A stretch of DNA of 64,000 nucleotides from an uncultured Trueperaceae bacterium (lineage in GTDB: Bacteria; Deinococcota; Deinococci; Deinococcales; Trueperaceae). The first letter of the stretch is position 1. Each line of letters opens with the position of its first letter. The stretch lies in NCBI GenBank assembly GCA_963727505.1, contig CAVSGP010000004.1:32001-96000 (forward strand), given 5' to 3'. Below, in pieces: positions 11,852 to 24,236 of the stretch. The translations under genes and the position numbers were made by a program. The notes below the pieces were generated by a model. That model ran no database searches and was not told where the DNA came from. It was given only the letters and a program-made list of their open reading frames with translations.

Positions 11852-11883
11852 CGTGGTCGGGCCGCTTCCGCGGCCCGACCACG
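11852..11883 (+). terminator. Intercistronic 14-bp stem-loop after the binding-protein gene (mRNA stabiliser or partial terminator)
   Basis: CGTGGTCGGGCCGC-TTCC-GCGGCCCGACCACG, no U-tract. Confidence 0.6.
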
Positions 11884-11911
11884 CCCTCTCTGACGACAGG
11901 TATCGAATCGC

Positions 11912-12964
11912 GTGTTCTCCTATTTTCTCCGCAGGTTCCTTGGACTCCTCCCCGTCTTGTTCGGGGTGAGCCTCCTGGTGTTCACCATCCCCCGCGTCAT
12001 CGGAAGCGACCCGGCCCGCATCATGCTGGGCGAACGGGCGTCCCCCGAGTCGTACCAGCGCCTGCGCCTCGAGTTGGGGCTCGACGTCCCCTACTTCATC
12101 AATTTCAAGGAGGCCCGCACCAAGGGGATCGCGGGGCTCCTCGATGCGCAGTACCCCAACTTCGTCGGCCGCGCCCTTCAGGGGAACCTGGGCAAGTCGA
12201 TCTTCAGCCGGATCCCGGTCGTCAGCAGCCTCGAGCACTTCTTCCCGGCTACCTTCGAGCTCACCATCGTGGCCATGTTCTTCGCCGTGGTGCTAGGGGT
12301 GCCGTTGGGTATCGTCGCGGCGCTCAATCGCGGGACCGTCCTGGACACCGCGGTCATGTTCGTGGCGCTGGCCGGCGTGTCGTTCCCGGTGTTCTGGCTG
12401 GGGATCATCATGATCTACGTGTTCGCGGTGGGGCTCGGGTGGCTCCCGCCCTCCGGCCGGCTGTCACCGACCATGGTGTTCCACTCCACCAGCGGCTTCT
12501 ACGTGCTCGACTCGATCGTCCAGGGGCGGTGGGACGTTTTTTGGAACGCCATCAAGCACCTGGTCCTCCCCGGCATCGCGCTGGGGACGATCCCGCTGGC
12601 GATCATCGTGCGCATGACGCGCAGCAGCATGCTGGAGGTGCTGGGCCAGGACTACATCCGAACCGCCCGCGCCAAGGGCGTCGAACGGCGCGTCGTGGTC
12701 AACAAGCACGCGCTCCGCAACGCCATGCTCCCGGTCATCACGGTCATCGGGTTGAGTTTCGGTCAGCTCCTGTCCGGCGCCATCCTCACCGAGACCGTCT
12801 TCGCCTGGCCGGGCATCGGGCGCTTCGTCTACGACGCCATCTCGTCGCGCGACTACCCGATCATCCAGGGGGGCATCCTGTTCATCGCCACGATGTTCGT
12901 CATCGTCAACATGTTCGTCGATTTCTCCTACGCCTTCATCGACCCGAGGATCCAGTACACATGA
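11912..12964 (+). CDS. Peptide ABC transporter permease (DppB/OppB type)
   Basis: DYIRTARAKG, HALRNA, ETVFAWPGIG. Confidence 0.92.
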   Translation: MFSYFLRRFLGLLPVLFGVSLLVFTIPRVIGSDPARIMLGERASPESYQRLRLELGLDVPYFINFKEARTKGIAGLLDAQYPNFVGRALQGNLGKSIFSRIPVVSSLEHFFPATFELTIVAMFFAVVLGVPLGIVAALNRGTVLDTAVMFVALAGVSFPVFWLGIIMIYVFAVGLGWLPPSGRLSPTMVFHSTSGFYVLDSIVQGRWDVFWNAIKHLVLPGIALGTIPLAIIVRMTRSSMLEVLGQDYIRTARAKGVERRVVVNKHALRNAMLPVITVIGLSFGQLLSGAILTETVFAWPGIGRFVYDAISSRDYPIIQGGILFIATMFVIVNMFVDFSYAFIDPRIQYT

Positions 12965-12977
12965 GCGGGGGCGCAGC

Positions 12978-13910
12978 GTGACCACACCCTCCGCCACCCT
13001 GGGCCGCGAGGACCATGTCGAGGGCCGTTCGCTCCTCCAAGACGCGACGCGACGCTTCCGCCGACACCCCACCGGCGTGACCGGCATGGCGATCATCGTG
13101 TTCTTCGTGGCCGTCACCATCCTCGCGCCGGTCCTGCGGCCGGTCGATCCTCTGAGGATCAACCTGCGCGACCGCATGCTGCCGCCCACCTGGACGATGA
13201 GCTCGCAAGAGCTCGAGCAGAAGAACCTGAACCGCTGGTCCTACCCGTTCGGGACCGACGTGCAGGGCCGCGACATGCTTGTGAGGGTGCTCTACGGTGG
13301 CCGTATCAGCCTCCGCGTCGGCCTCGAGGCCGTGGCCATGGCGGCCCTGGTGGGCACTGTGCTGGGCCTCATGGCAGGCTACTTCGGGGGTTGGCTCGAC
13401 ACCTTCATCGTCTGGTTCGTCGACATCCTGCTGGCGTTCCCCGGCATCCTGCTGGCCATCGCCATCGTGGCGGCACTGGGCCAGAGCCTGCTCAACGCGC
13501 TGATCGCCATCAGCATCACATACGTACCGGTCTATATCCGCATCGTCCGGTCGGTGACGCTGAGCCTGCGAGAGTCGGAGTACGTGCAGGCGGCGCGCGC
13601 GCTGGGTTCCCGCTCGGGGCGGATCATCGTTGCCCACGTGCTTCCCAACGGTCTGTCGCCGCTGATGGTGCAGCTCACCCTGTCGATCGGGACCGCCATC
13701 CTCGACGTCGCCGCGCTCGGCTTCCTGGGCCTCGGTGCGCGCCCCCCGACGCCCGAATGGGGGGCGATGATCTCCGACGGGTTCGGGCGTTTCCGGATCG
13801 CACCCTGGCTGTCGATCGTGCCGGGCATCGCCATCTTCTTCTCGGTCGTCGGCTTCAACCTTCTCGGCGACGCCATCCGGGACGTGCTCGACCCGCGCTT
13901 GAAGAACTAA
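12978..13910 (+). CDS. Peptide ABC transporter permease (DppC/OppC type)
   Basis: FGTDVQGRD, EYVQAARALG, PEWGAMI, NLLGDAIRDVLDPR. Confidence 0.92.
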   Translation: MTTPSATLGREDHVEGRSLLQDATRRFRRHPTGVTGMAIIVFFVAVTILAPVLRPVDPLRINLRDRMLPPTWTMSSQELEQKNLNRWSYPFGTDVQGRDMLVRVLYGGRISLRVGLEAVAMAALVGTVLGLMAGYFGGWLDTFIVWFVDILLAFPGILLAIAIVAALGQSLLNALIAISITYVPVYIRIVRSVTLSLRESEYVQAARALGSRSGRIIVAHVLPNGLSPLMVQLTLSIGTAILDVAALGFLGLGARPPTPEWGAMISDGFGRFRIAPWLSIVPGIAIFFSVVGFNLLGDAIRDVLDPRLKN

Positions 13911-13977
13911 CCGTCATCGCGCGTAACGCGCGATGACGCGCCTTGTGGGCGGCGCCAGCGGGAACGTAAGCTGGGCC

Positions 13978-15330
13978 ATGCCGGAGCTCCCAACGGGTCT
14001 GCGTAGCGACCAGATCGACACCTCGCGGGCGGTGCGCGAGCAGCATGGTCGCGGCGAGTCGTTCAGCGAGACCGCGCTCCCCGACGCGGTGCTCTTCCCG
14101 GAGAGCGCCGCGGAGGTGGCGCGCATCGTGCGGTTCTCTGCCGAGCACGGCATCCCGCTGACGCCGGTGGGGGCCAACTCCAGCCTCGAGGGACATACGG
14201 TCCCGCTCTCCGGCGGCTTCTCGGTCGATATGACCCGCATGGACCGCATCCTGGAGCTGCGTCCCGAGGACTTCCTGGCCGTCGTGGAGCCGGGCGTGGG
14301 TTACCGCAGCCTCAACGAGCGCGCGCGTCACAGCGGGATCTTCTTCCCGATCGATCCCGGGGCGCACGCCACCCTGGGAGGGATGGTGTCCACCAACGCC
14401 TCGGGTACCATGGCGGTTCGCTACGGCGTCACCGGTGACTACGTATTGGGCCTGCAGGTCGTGACCGCCGACGGCGCCGTGGTGCGCGTGGGCAACCGCG
14501 CGCGCAAGAGCTCGGCGGGGTACGACCTGTGCAGGCTCTTCACGGGCGCCGAGGGGACGCTGGGGATCATCACCGAGATCACCCTGCGCCTGGTCGGGCT
14601 GCCGGAGGCGGCTTCGGCGGCGCGCGTGCCGTTCCCGGACGCTGAGCATGCCACGCGGTACGTCACCCGACTCATCCAGTCGGGCGTGCCCGTGGCCCGC
14701 TGCGAGATCATCGACGCACGCAGCGTCCGTGCCGTGAACGCTTACGCCGGAACGGACTATCCGGAGCAGATGACGGTCTTCCTGGAGTTCCATGGCAACC
14801 CTGCCGGCGTCGCGGCCGACGCCGCGCTCGCCCAGGACCTCGCCGCAAACGCCGGTGCGCTCGGCTTCGAGGCCGCCAGCGAGGCCTCCGAGCGCGAACG
14901 GCTGTGGGAAGCGCGGCACAAGACCTTCTACGCCACCGTGGCCGACAATCCGGGCAAACGCAGCATCGTCACCGACGTGGCCGTGCCGATCGCGTCGCTC
15001 CCTGCGGCGGTGAGCGAGGCGCTCGCGGACTGCGACCGCGAGCGCCTCGCCGCCTACCTGGTAGGGCACGTGGGCGACGGCAACTTCCACCTCGCTATCT
15101 TCTTCGGGGACGACGATGCCGAGCGCCTCCGTGCCGAGGACGTCACGCACCGGATGGTCCGGCGTGCCCTGGCGGTGGGTGGCACCTGCACCGGCGAGCA
15201 CGGGGTGGGGGCGCGCAAGCTCCGCTACATGCAGGAAGAGCACGGCGACGCGCTCGGCTTGATGCGGCGCATCAAGCGTACGCTCGACCCTGCCGGGATC
15301 ATGAATCCCGGGAAGAAGATCCCGGACTGA
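13978..15330 (+). CDS. FAD-linked oxidase (GlcD / D-lactate dehydrogenase-like)
   Basis: GAEGTLGIITE, HVGDGNFH, GEHGVG, DPAGIMNPGK. Start 13978 preferred (TAAGCT 5 nt upstream); 13933 possible. Confidence 0.88.
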   Translation: MPELPTGLRSDQIDTSRAVREQHGRGESFSETALPDAVLFPESAAEVARIVRFSAEHGIPLTPVGANSSLEGHTVPLSGGFSVDMTRMDRILELRPEDFLAVVEPGVGYRSLNERARHSGIFFPIDPGAHATLGGMVSTNASGTMAVRYGVTGDYVLGLQVVTADGAVVRVGNRARKSSAGYDLCRLFTGAEGTLGIITEITLRLVGLPEAASAARVPFPDAEHATRYVTRLIQSGVPVARCEIIDARSVRAVNAYAGTDYPEQMTVFLEFHGNPAGVAADAALAQDLAANAGALGFEAASEASERERLWEARHKTFYATVADNPGKRSIVTDVAVPIASLPAAVSEALADCDRERLAAYLVGHVGDGNFHLAIFFGDDDAERLRAEDVTHRMVRRALAVGGTCTGEHGVGARKLRYMQEEHGDALGLMRRIKRTLDPAGIMNPGKKIPD

Positions 15331-15931
15331 CCTCCGTGTCGCCGCTCTCTCCCGTGTTGCTGCCGTTCATGGGACGGAAGCGCAGCATCCAGTGCCGGAT
15401 CAGGGGGCGGAGCCGGTTGAGCAGGTAGAGCGACGGGATCAACAGGATCAGTGCCAGCCACAACACCGTGTCCGAGACGAGGACGGCGCTGCCCAGCCAG
15501 GCGCTGCCGATCAACCATGGGGTCCGGGCGATCATGGCGGCGATCCACAGCTCGGTGAGGGGAAGCGAAGTGAGGCCGGAGAGCAGCACCACGAAATCCA
15601 GGTTGAGCAGGAAATAGAGCACTCCCCAGACCGCCACCGAGCGGATGCCGAGGAGCTCCTCCCACTCGTCCAGCGCCTCGCGACGGACCAGCAGCGCCAA
15701 CAGCGGCCGGCCGATCCTGCGTGCCAGCAACAGACCGACCAGGGCGCCCAGGCCCAGGCCGAAGATGCCGTAGACCACGGCGGCGAAGAAGCCGAAGGCC
15801 TTGCCCCCCAACGCGCCGACCAGCGGCGTGGGGATGAACGGGAGGAGGGCGGTGACCAGGAACGACGCAACGTAGTAGAGAGGCGCGAGCCAGCCGGCGT
15901 CGTTGATAAAGTGCGAGAGGGCTTCGGTCAT
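15299..15931 (-). CDS. TVP38/TMEM64 (VTT/DedA-like) membrane protein
   Basis: Hydrophobic, with PFIPTPLVGALGGKAFG and ARRIGRP patterns; start uncertain (15931 or 15946). Confidence 0.75.
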   Translation of the reverse strand: MTEALSHFINDAGWLAPLYYVASFLVTALLPFIPTPLVGALGGKAFGFFAAVVYGIFGLGLGALVGLLLARRIGRPLLALLVRREALDEWEELLGIRSVAVWGVLYFLLNLDFVVLLSGLTSLPLTELWIAAMIARTPWLIGSAWLGSAVLVSDTVLWLALILLIPSLYLLNRLRPLIRHWMLRFRPMNGSNTGESGDTEVSPGSSSRDS

Positions 15932-16037
15932 CGGGTCGCGTCCCATCGTACGGCCAAAACCGCCCTCGAGGCATCGCGCGTGACCGGTCGGACGGCGAAC
16001 GCCGGCCGGGAATCCGGGGCTCGAGGAGGAGAGTGAC

Positions 16038-17075
16038 ATGGCAGGCGGCGACATCTACCCTTTGAGGCTCGACATCCGCTACAGTCGGCGGCTCTGGGGC
16101 GGCGACAGGCTGCCGGAGTTCCTGGCGCTGCCCGCCACCGAACCGGGCGCCGAGCCCGTCGGGGAAGGTTGGCTCGTGTACGCGGAGAACGAGGTCCTGA
16201 ACGGCCGCTTCGCCGGGCGCAGCCTGCAGGACGTTGCCGGCACCCTGGGCGTACGGTTGCTGGGGACCGCCAGCGCCGCGCGCTACGGCGACAAGGTGCC
16301 GTTGCTCGCGAAGTTCATCGACGCGGCCGATCGGCTCTCGGTGCAGGTGCATCCGGACGACGCGTACGCCCTGACCCATGAGGCCGCCACCGGACATCTG
16401 GGGAAGAGCGAAGCCTGGTACGTGCTGGAAGCCGCCCCTGACGCGCACGTGCTGTGGGGCTTCCGCGAGGACGTGGACGCCGAACGCGTCCGCGCCGCGG
16501 TCCTCGACGGCTCGCTTCCCGAGCTCATGAACCGCGTGCCCGTCGCGCCCGGCATGGTCATCTACAATCCCGCGGGCACCGTGCACGCCATCGGAAAGGG
16601 CATCCTGCTGTTCGAGATCCAGCAGTCGAGCGACCTCACCTACCGGTTGTTCGACTACTTGCGGCGTGACAGCGCGGGCCAGCAGCGCGAGCTCCATCTC
16701 GAGCGTGCGCTCCAAGTGGCCTCCTTGCGTGGCGGCAACCGCGCGCGGCGCAAGCCGGTGCCGCTGGACGAAGGCTGGCGCCGGCTCGTCGGCTGCGAGC
16801 ACTTCGTGATGGACGCCGTCGATCTCGATGGAGGCGTGCGTGCGGGCAGGACCGATCCCAGCAGCCTGCAGATCCTGGTGGTGACCCGTGGCGGAGCCAC
16901 GCTGCACTGGTCGGGCGGCGAGGAGCGGCTCACCCGCGGCGGCGCCATCGTGTTGCCTGCCTCGCTCGGCCGTTACCGGCTCCAGGGCGAGGGGGAGGCG
17001 CTCCGCTGCGCGGTGGCGCCGCCCGACGCATCCTCTGCGCCGAGCGGGCAGCGCGTCGAAGGGGAGGGTGAGTGA
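16038..17075 (+). CDS. manA: Class I mannose-6-phosphate isomerase
   Basis: LSVQVHPDD, GKSEAWY, PAGTVHAIG, EIQQSSDLTYRLFDY. Confidence 0.92.
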   Translation: MAGGDIYPLRLDIRYSRRLWGGDRLPEFLALPATEPGAEPVGEGWLVYAENEVLNGRFAGRSLQDVAGTLGVRLLGTASAARYGDKVPLLAKFIDAADRLSVQVHPDDAYALTHEAATGHLGKSEAWYVLEAAPDAHVLWGFREDVDAERVRAAVLDGSLPELMNRVPVAPGMVIYNPAGTVHAIGKGILLFEIQQSSDLTYRLFDYLRRDSAGQQRELHLERALQVASLRGGNRARRKPVPLDEGWRRLVGCEHFVMDAVDLDGGVRAGRTDPSSLQILVVTRGGATLHWSGGEERLTRGGAIVLPASLGRYRLQGEGEALRCAVAPPDASSAPSGQRVEGEGE

Positions 17076-18919
17076 GCGCTCCAGCGAAGACACCGACCGG
17101 GGGACGTCCGCGCGGTGCCCTCGCGCGTCTGGTAGCGTTGCTCGCGCCCTATCGGGGCCGGGTGTTGGCGCTGTCGGCGGTGATCGCTGTTGGCGCGCTG
17201 GTGGCGCAGCTCGCACCCCAGTTCGCGCGTATCGTCATCGACGTGGCCATCCCCAAGGGGCAGGCGCGTATCTTCCTGCTGCTGGCGCTGGCGATGGCAG
17301 CCTTCTATGTGCTGCGCGAGGCCCTGGCGTTCGTCTCGATGTACTTCAGCTACGCGCTCACCCAGCGCGTCATCCACGACCTGCGGACCACGGCGTACGC
17401 CCATCTGTTGCACCTGCCGATGGCGCGCTTCACCAGGGAGCGATCCGGTTCGCTGGTCGCGCGCGTCGTATCCGACGTCAACGCCCTCGAATCCATGATC
17501 CAGGCCGGTGCCTCGCGCATCCTGGGCCGGTTGTTCGGCATCCTGGTGGTGCTGGCGATCCTGTTCGCGATGAACTGGCTGCTGGCGCTGGTCTGCCTGG
17601 TACTGGTAGGGGCGATGGCCCTCATCACGTTGCGCTTCCAGGAGCCGTTGCGCCGCTTGTCGCGCCGCATCCGATCCCAGGTCGGCGAGTTGACCGCCGT
17701 CGCCAGCGAGGCGATCCAGAACGCAGGCGTGGTGAAGCTCTTCACCGCCGAGGGCGAGGAGCTGGGCCGCTTCCGCGAGGCGAGCGAAGGCTACCGGGCG
17801 TTCGGCATGGCGCGCCGCTGGCAGTCGGGCATGATGCAGGCGGGGGTCGGCCTCAGCTCGGGGCTGGGGACGGGCGCGCTGCTGCTGGTGGGTGGTTGGC
17901 TGATCGTGCTCAAGCAGACGGGGGCGCCGATGCCGCTGGGAGCTGCCTCGCTCAGCACCGGGGAGCTCACGGCTTTCCTGCTCTACGTCAGTGAGCTGGT
18001 GACCCCGGTGGTGTTCGTGCTCAACTTCAACAACCAGCTCCAGGCGGGGGCCGCGGCCTTGGAGCGGATCGACGAGCTGCTGGCCGAAGCACCGGAACGG
18101 GGCGGCGTCGAGCGCCCTGCCACGAAGGGCGACGTGCGCTTCGAAGGCGTCCGCTTCGCCTATCCGGGGTCCGACGCCCGCGCGCTCGACGGCTTCGATC
18201 TCGAAGTGAAGGCCGGATCGACCGTTGCCCTGGTCGGCCCCTCGGGGGCAGGGAAGAGCACCGTGGTCAAGCTTCTCGGTAGGTTGTACGACCCGCAAGC
18301 GGGTGTGGTGCGCGTCGGCGGCCGCGACCTGCGCGAGCTCGAGCTGGACGCCCTCCGTGGCGCGCTTGCCGTCGTGCCCCAGGACCCCACGCTCTTCTCG
18401 GGCAGCGTCCGCGACAACATCCGCTACGCCAGGCCGGACGCGGATGATGCCTCGGTCACCGGCGCGGCGCGCATGGCCAACGCCCTGTCCTTCATCGAGG
18501 CCCTGCCGCGGGGCCTCGACACCGAAGTGGGGGAGCGTGGCGTGAAGCTCTCCGGAGGCCAGAAGCAACGCATCGCCATCGCACGGGCCCTGCTCCGGGG
18601 CGCCACGCTGCTGGTGCTGGACGAGGCCACTTCCAGCCTCGACAGCGAGTCGGAGTCCGTGATCCAGGACGCACTGTCCGGTCTCTTCGCCGGCGACCGC
18701 GACATCACGAGCATCGTCATCGCCCACCGGCTGTCCACCGTGCGCGACGCCGACCGGATCGCCGTGGTCGATGCCGGGCGCGTGGTCGAGCAGGGGCGGC
18801 ACGAGACGCTGCTGCGCCGCGGAGGCCTCTATGCTCGGCTCCACGCCATCCAGCAGGAGGGGGCCCGTCGGAACGTCGGCCTCGCGGAGGGGGCGGATGC
18901 CGTCACCTCGCGCGAGTGA
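17072..18919 (+). CDS. ABC exporter, fused permease/ATPase (MsbA-like)
   Basis: N-terminal TM domain; GPSGAGKST, LSGGQKQR, LDEATSSLD, IAHRLSTV. Confidence 0.92.
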   Translation: MSAPAKTPTGGRPRGALARLVALLAPYRGRVLALSAVIAVGALVAQLAPQFARIVIDVAIPKGQARIFLLLALAMAAFYVLREALAFVSMYFSYALTQRVIHDLRTTAYAHLLHLPMARFTRERSGSLVARVVSDVNALESMIQAGASRILGRLFGILVVLAILFAMNWLLALVCLVLVGAMALITLRFQEPLRRLSRRIRSQVGELTAVASEAIQNAGVVKLFTAEGEELGRFREASEGYRAFGMARRWQSGMMQAGVGLSSGLGTGALLLVGGWLIVLKQTGAPMPLGAASLSTGELTAFLLYVSELVTPVVFVLNFNNQLQAGAAALERIDELLAEAPERGGVERPATKGDVRFEGVRFAYPGSDARALDGFDLEVKAGSTVALVGPSGAGKSTVVKLLGRLYDPQAGVVRVGGRDLRELELDALRGALAVVPQDPTLFSGSVRDNIRYARPDADDASVTGAARMANALSFIEALPRGLDTEVGERGVKLSGGQKQRIAIARALLRGATLLVLDEATSSLDSESESVIQDALSGLFAGDRDITSIVIAHRLSTVRDADRIAVVDAGRVVEQGRHETLLRRGGLYARLHAIQQEGARRNVGLAEGADAVTSRE

Positions 18920-19006
18920 CCGGGCCGCCACGGCCGGGTGCATCGCTCGGACCGCGCGCAGCCCGGTCCCCGTGTCGGCTCGAGCGGCTCACGAACGTCG
19001 AGGCGC

Positions 19007-19633
19007 GTGAACCACGCGCGCCCTACTCTCCTCCGGGTGGCGCTCGGCTCGGGCAACCCCGCCAAGCGGCGGGGCGTCGAGGCCGCGCTCGGCAAGGTGC
19101 AACCGTACGTGCAGGCCGAGGTCGTATGCTTCGAGGTTCCCTCCGGCGTGCGCGACCAGCCGTGGGGCGACGAGGAGACGCTGCGGGGAGCTGAGAACCG
19201 CGCGGCCGCGGCGCTGGGGCAGATGCGCGCGTCCGAGGCGCCGGTCGACCCGCCAGCCGCGGACCCGCCAGCCACCGACACCGGCGGCCTCGGCGCCATC
19301 GCCATCGGCATCGAAGGCGGGTTGGCGCGAGCGGGCTCTACGGTATGGAGCTTCTCGTGGGCCGTGGCGCTCCACGCCGACGGTTCCCGCGGGGCGGCCC
19401 GCAGCGCCGCGTTCGCGCTGCCACCGCGTGTCACGGGGCTGCTCGAGACGGGCATCGAGCTCGGTGACGCCATCGACCGGGTGTTCGCTGTGCACGGGAG
19501 CAAGCGGGCGGACGGTGCCGTCGGGCTGCTCACTTCCGGCGCCCTCGATCGAGCCGGCCTCTACGCCCAGGTCGTCGTGCTGGCGCTCATGCCGCTGCTA
19601 CGCCGCGATCTCTTCGTCGACGGGCCCGCCTGA
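19007..19633 (+). CDS. yjjX: Inosine/xanthosine triphosphatase (DUF84)
   Basis: GSGNPAK, SGVRDQP, GAENRA, GIEGG, ELGDAID, GAVGLLT; start uncertain (19007 or 19037). Confidence 0.85.
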   Translation: MNHARPTLLRVALGSGNPAKRRGVEAALGKVQPYVQAEVVCFEVPSGVRDQPWGDEETLRGAENRAAAALGQMRASEAPVDPPAADPPATDTGGLGAIAIGIEGGLARAGSTVWSFSWAVALHADGSRGAARSAAFALPPRVTGLLETGIELGDAIDRVFAVHGSKRADGAVGLLTSGALDRAGLYAQVVVLALMPLLRRDLFVDGPA

Positions 19634-19738
19634 CGGCCCGCGGCGGGCCCACCGCGGGCCCGTGGTGTCCACGCGAACGGCCGCCGGACGAGATGTCCGG
19701 CGGCCGTTCGATCACGGGTCTGTCGGAACGCGGCCTGC

Positions 19739-22129
<2,391 letters not shown>

Positions 22130-22236
22130 GCCTCAGTAAACCCCGCCGGCCGCCTCGGGCTCCGTAAGGTGGCTGACGACCCACGGGCGCGGCGCGGCGG
22201 ACCGCTGTGCGCTCCGTCGACGCGCCGCGGCGGTTC

Positions 22237-23613
22237 TCAGCGCCGGTACGTCTGGCCGGGCTCCGGGATGGTGACGCGCCGCCCGCGCTCGCGCAGGTCG
22301 GCCGAGAAGGCGTCCATGACGTCGCTCTCGCCGTGCACCAGGAACACCTCGGCGTCGCCGCTGCCAGCCAGCCAGTGGAGAAGGTCGTCGTGATCGCCGT
22401 GGGCGGAGAACCCGTTGATGGTGTGGATCCGGGCCTTCACCCTGATCTCATCGCCGTAGATGTGCACGCGCTTGGCCCCTCCGACCAGGGCGCGACCGAG
22501 GGTGCCGGACGCCTGGTAGCCCACCACGACCACGCTCGCGTCCTCACGCCAGAGGTTGTGCTTGAGGTGATGAAGGATGCGGCCGCCGGTCATCATGCCC
22601 GACCCGGCCAGGATGATGGCGCCCCCGGTGATGTCGTTGATCGCCTTGGACGCTTCGCTATCGACGGTGAACTCCAGCGTCGGCGGCGCGAACGGATCCC
22701 GCCCCTCGGCCAGCACGGCCTTGACCTCGTCGCGGAACTCGTTCTCGCCGTTCTCGTAGAACCTCGTCATGCGCGTGGCCATGGGGGAGTCGAGGAAGAC
22801 GCGCGCATCGGGAAGGGCGCCGCGCTCCATCAAACGACGGATCTCGTAGAGGACCGCCTGGCTCCGTTCGAGCGCGAACGTCGGGATCAGCACGTTTCCG
22901 CCGCGCGAGAGCGAGCTCGACAGGACCTCCGCGAACTCGGCCTCGGTGGCGGCGCGGCTCCGGTGGTTGCGCTCGGCGTAGGTGGACTCGATCAGCACCA
23001 GATCGCAGGCCCGCGCCGGCTCGGCCGGGGCCTGCAGCGCGCTCTCGCGGTTGCCGAGGTCGCCGGAGAAGGCCACACGCACGCTGCCGTCCTCGAGCTC
23101 GAGCGTGGCGCTGCCGAGGACGTGTCCGGCCGGACGGAAACGTGCCCGCACCTTCGGCGCGACCTCCAGAGGCTCCTCCATCTCGACAGGACGGAAGCGC
23201 TCGAGCGTGCGGTCCACTTCGCGGTCGCCGTAGAGCGGGGGCTGCACCTCGTCCTCGCGGCCGGCCCGGGTCGCCTTGCGCAGCGTCCGCCGGTAGTCCT
23301 CCTCCTGCAGCTTGGCGGCGTCACGCAGGATGACCTCGGCGATGTCGCGCGTCGACCGCGTGGCGAAGATGGGCCCGCGGTATCCCTGTGCGATCAGCAA
23401 CGGCAGGCGACCGACGTGATCGAGGTGGCCGTGGCTGACGCAAACGGCGTCGAGCTCCTGGGGGTCGAAGGGGAAGGGCTCGCGATTGCGAGCCGACAGG
23501 TTGGCGCCGCCCTGGAAGAGCCCGCAGTCGAGAAGCACGCTGGCGTCGTCGAAACGGAGGTGGTGACAGCTGCCGGTCACGGTGCGGGCCGCGCCCGCGC
23601 TCAAGATCTCCAT
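22237..23613 (-). CDS. MBL-fold beta-CASP ribonuclease-like protein
   Basis: VTGSCH, SHGHLDHVG, AGHVLGS, SGDLG, ESTY, FSAHGD. Confidence 0.9.
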   Translation of the reverse strand: MEILSAGAARTVTGSCHHLRFDDASVLLDCGLFQGGANLSARNREPFPFDPQELDAVCVSHGHLDHVGRLPLLIAQGYRGPIFATRSTRDIAEVILRDAAKLQEEDYRRTLRKATRAGREDEVQPPLYGDREVDRTLERFRPVEMEEPLEVAPKVRARFRPAGHVLGSATLELEDGSVRVAFSGDLGNRESALQAPAEPARACDLVLIESTYAERNHRSRAATEAEFAEVLSSSLSRGGNVLIPTFALERSQAVLYEIRRLMERGALPDARVFLDSPMATRMTRFYENGENEFRDEVKAVLAEGRDPFAPPTLEFTVDSEASKAINDITGGAIILAGSGMMTGGRILHHLKHNLWREDASVVVVGYQASGTLGRALVGGAKRVHIYGDEIRVKARIHTINGFSAHGDHDDLLHWLAGSGDAEVFLVHGESDVMDAFSADLRERGRRVTIPEPGQTYRR

Positions 23614-23692
23614 GGGTCCTCGCCGCCTTCCGCACCCCGGAGGGTGTCGTCCCTATATACTACCGGCGACGCACCGTTCGTCGGAGATTCCC

Positions 23693-24226
23693 GTGTTGGC
23701 CATCGATGCCGTGCATCCCTACGCGACCGTCAGGATCGCTTCACCGGCCGACCTGACGGCCGTGCGAGACGTGGCGTTGACGACGTGGCACGCCACCTAT
23801 GACGGCATTCTCAGCAAACCGACGATCGACGCCTTCCTCCGCCGCGCCTACAGCGACTACCGCATCCTGGCTGCCGTCAACGACGGAGGCCTGTGGGTCC
23901 TGGAGGAAGATGGCCGGGTGGTGGCCTACGAGCGTCTGAGCATGCGCGGTGACGTCGGCTACGTCGGTGCCATCTACGTGCTCCCCGAAGTGCAGCGCCA
24001 CGGTCACGGCCGGCGCCTGCTGGAGACGGCGCGCCCCTGGTTCGCCGCCCGCGGGGCCCAGGAGATCCGCCTCACGGTCGCCGAGCACAATGACGCGGCG
24101 CGCGGCTTCTACCGCCACCTCGGCTTCCAGGAGCGCGAGGCGGTGCACACGCACCTGCTCGGCGAGCCACTGGAAGAGCGCGTGTGCGTCCTGCCCCTGC
24201 TTCAGCCCTACCTGTTCGGCTCCTGA
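23693..24226 (+). CDS. GNAT family N-acetyltransferase
   Basis: IYVLPEVQRHGHGRRLL, NDAARGFYRHLGF; start GTG 23693 with SD GGAG. Confidence 0.85.
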   Translation: MLAIDAVHPYATVRIASPADLTAVRDVALTTWHATYDGILSKPTIDAFLRRAYSDYRILAAVNDGGLWVLEEDGRVVAYERLSMRGDVGYVGAIYVLPEVQRHGHGRRLLETARPWFAARGAQEIRLTVAEHNDAARGFYRHLGFQEREAVHTHLLGEPLEERVCVLPLLQPYLFGS

Positions 24227-24236
24227 GCCCTGCACT

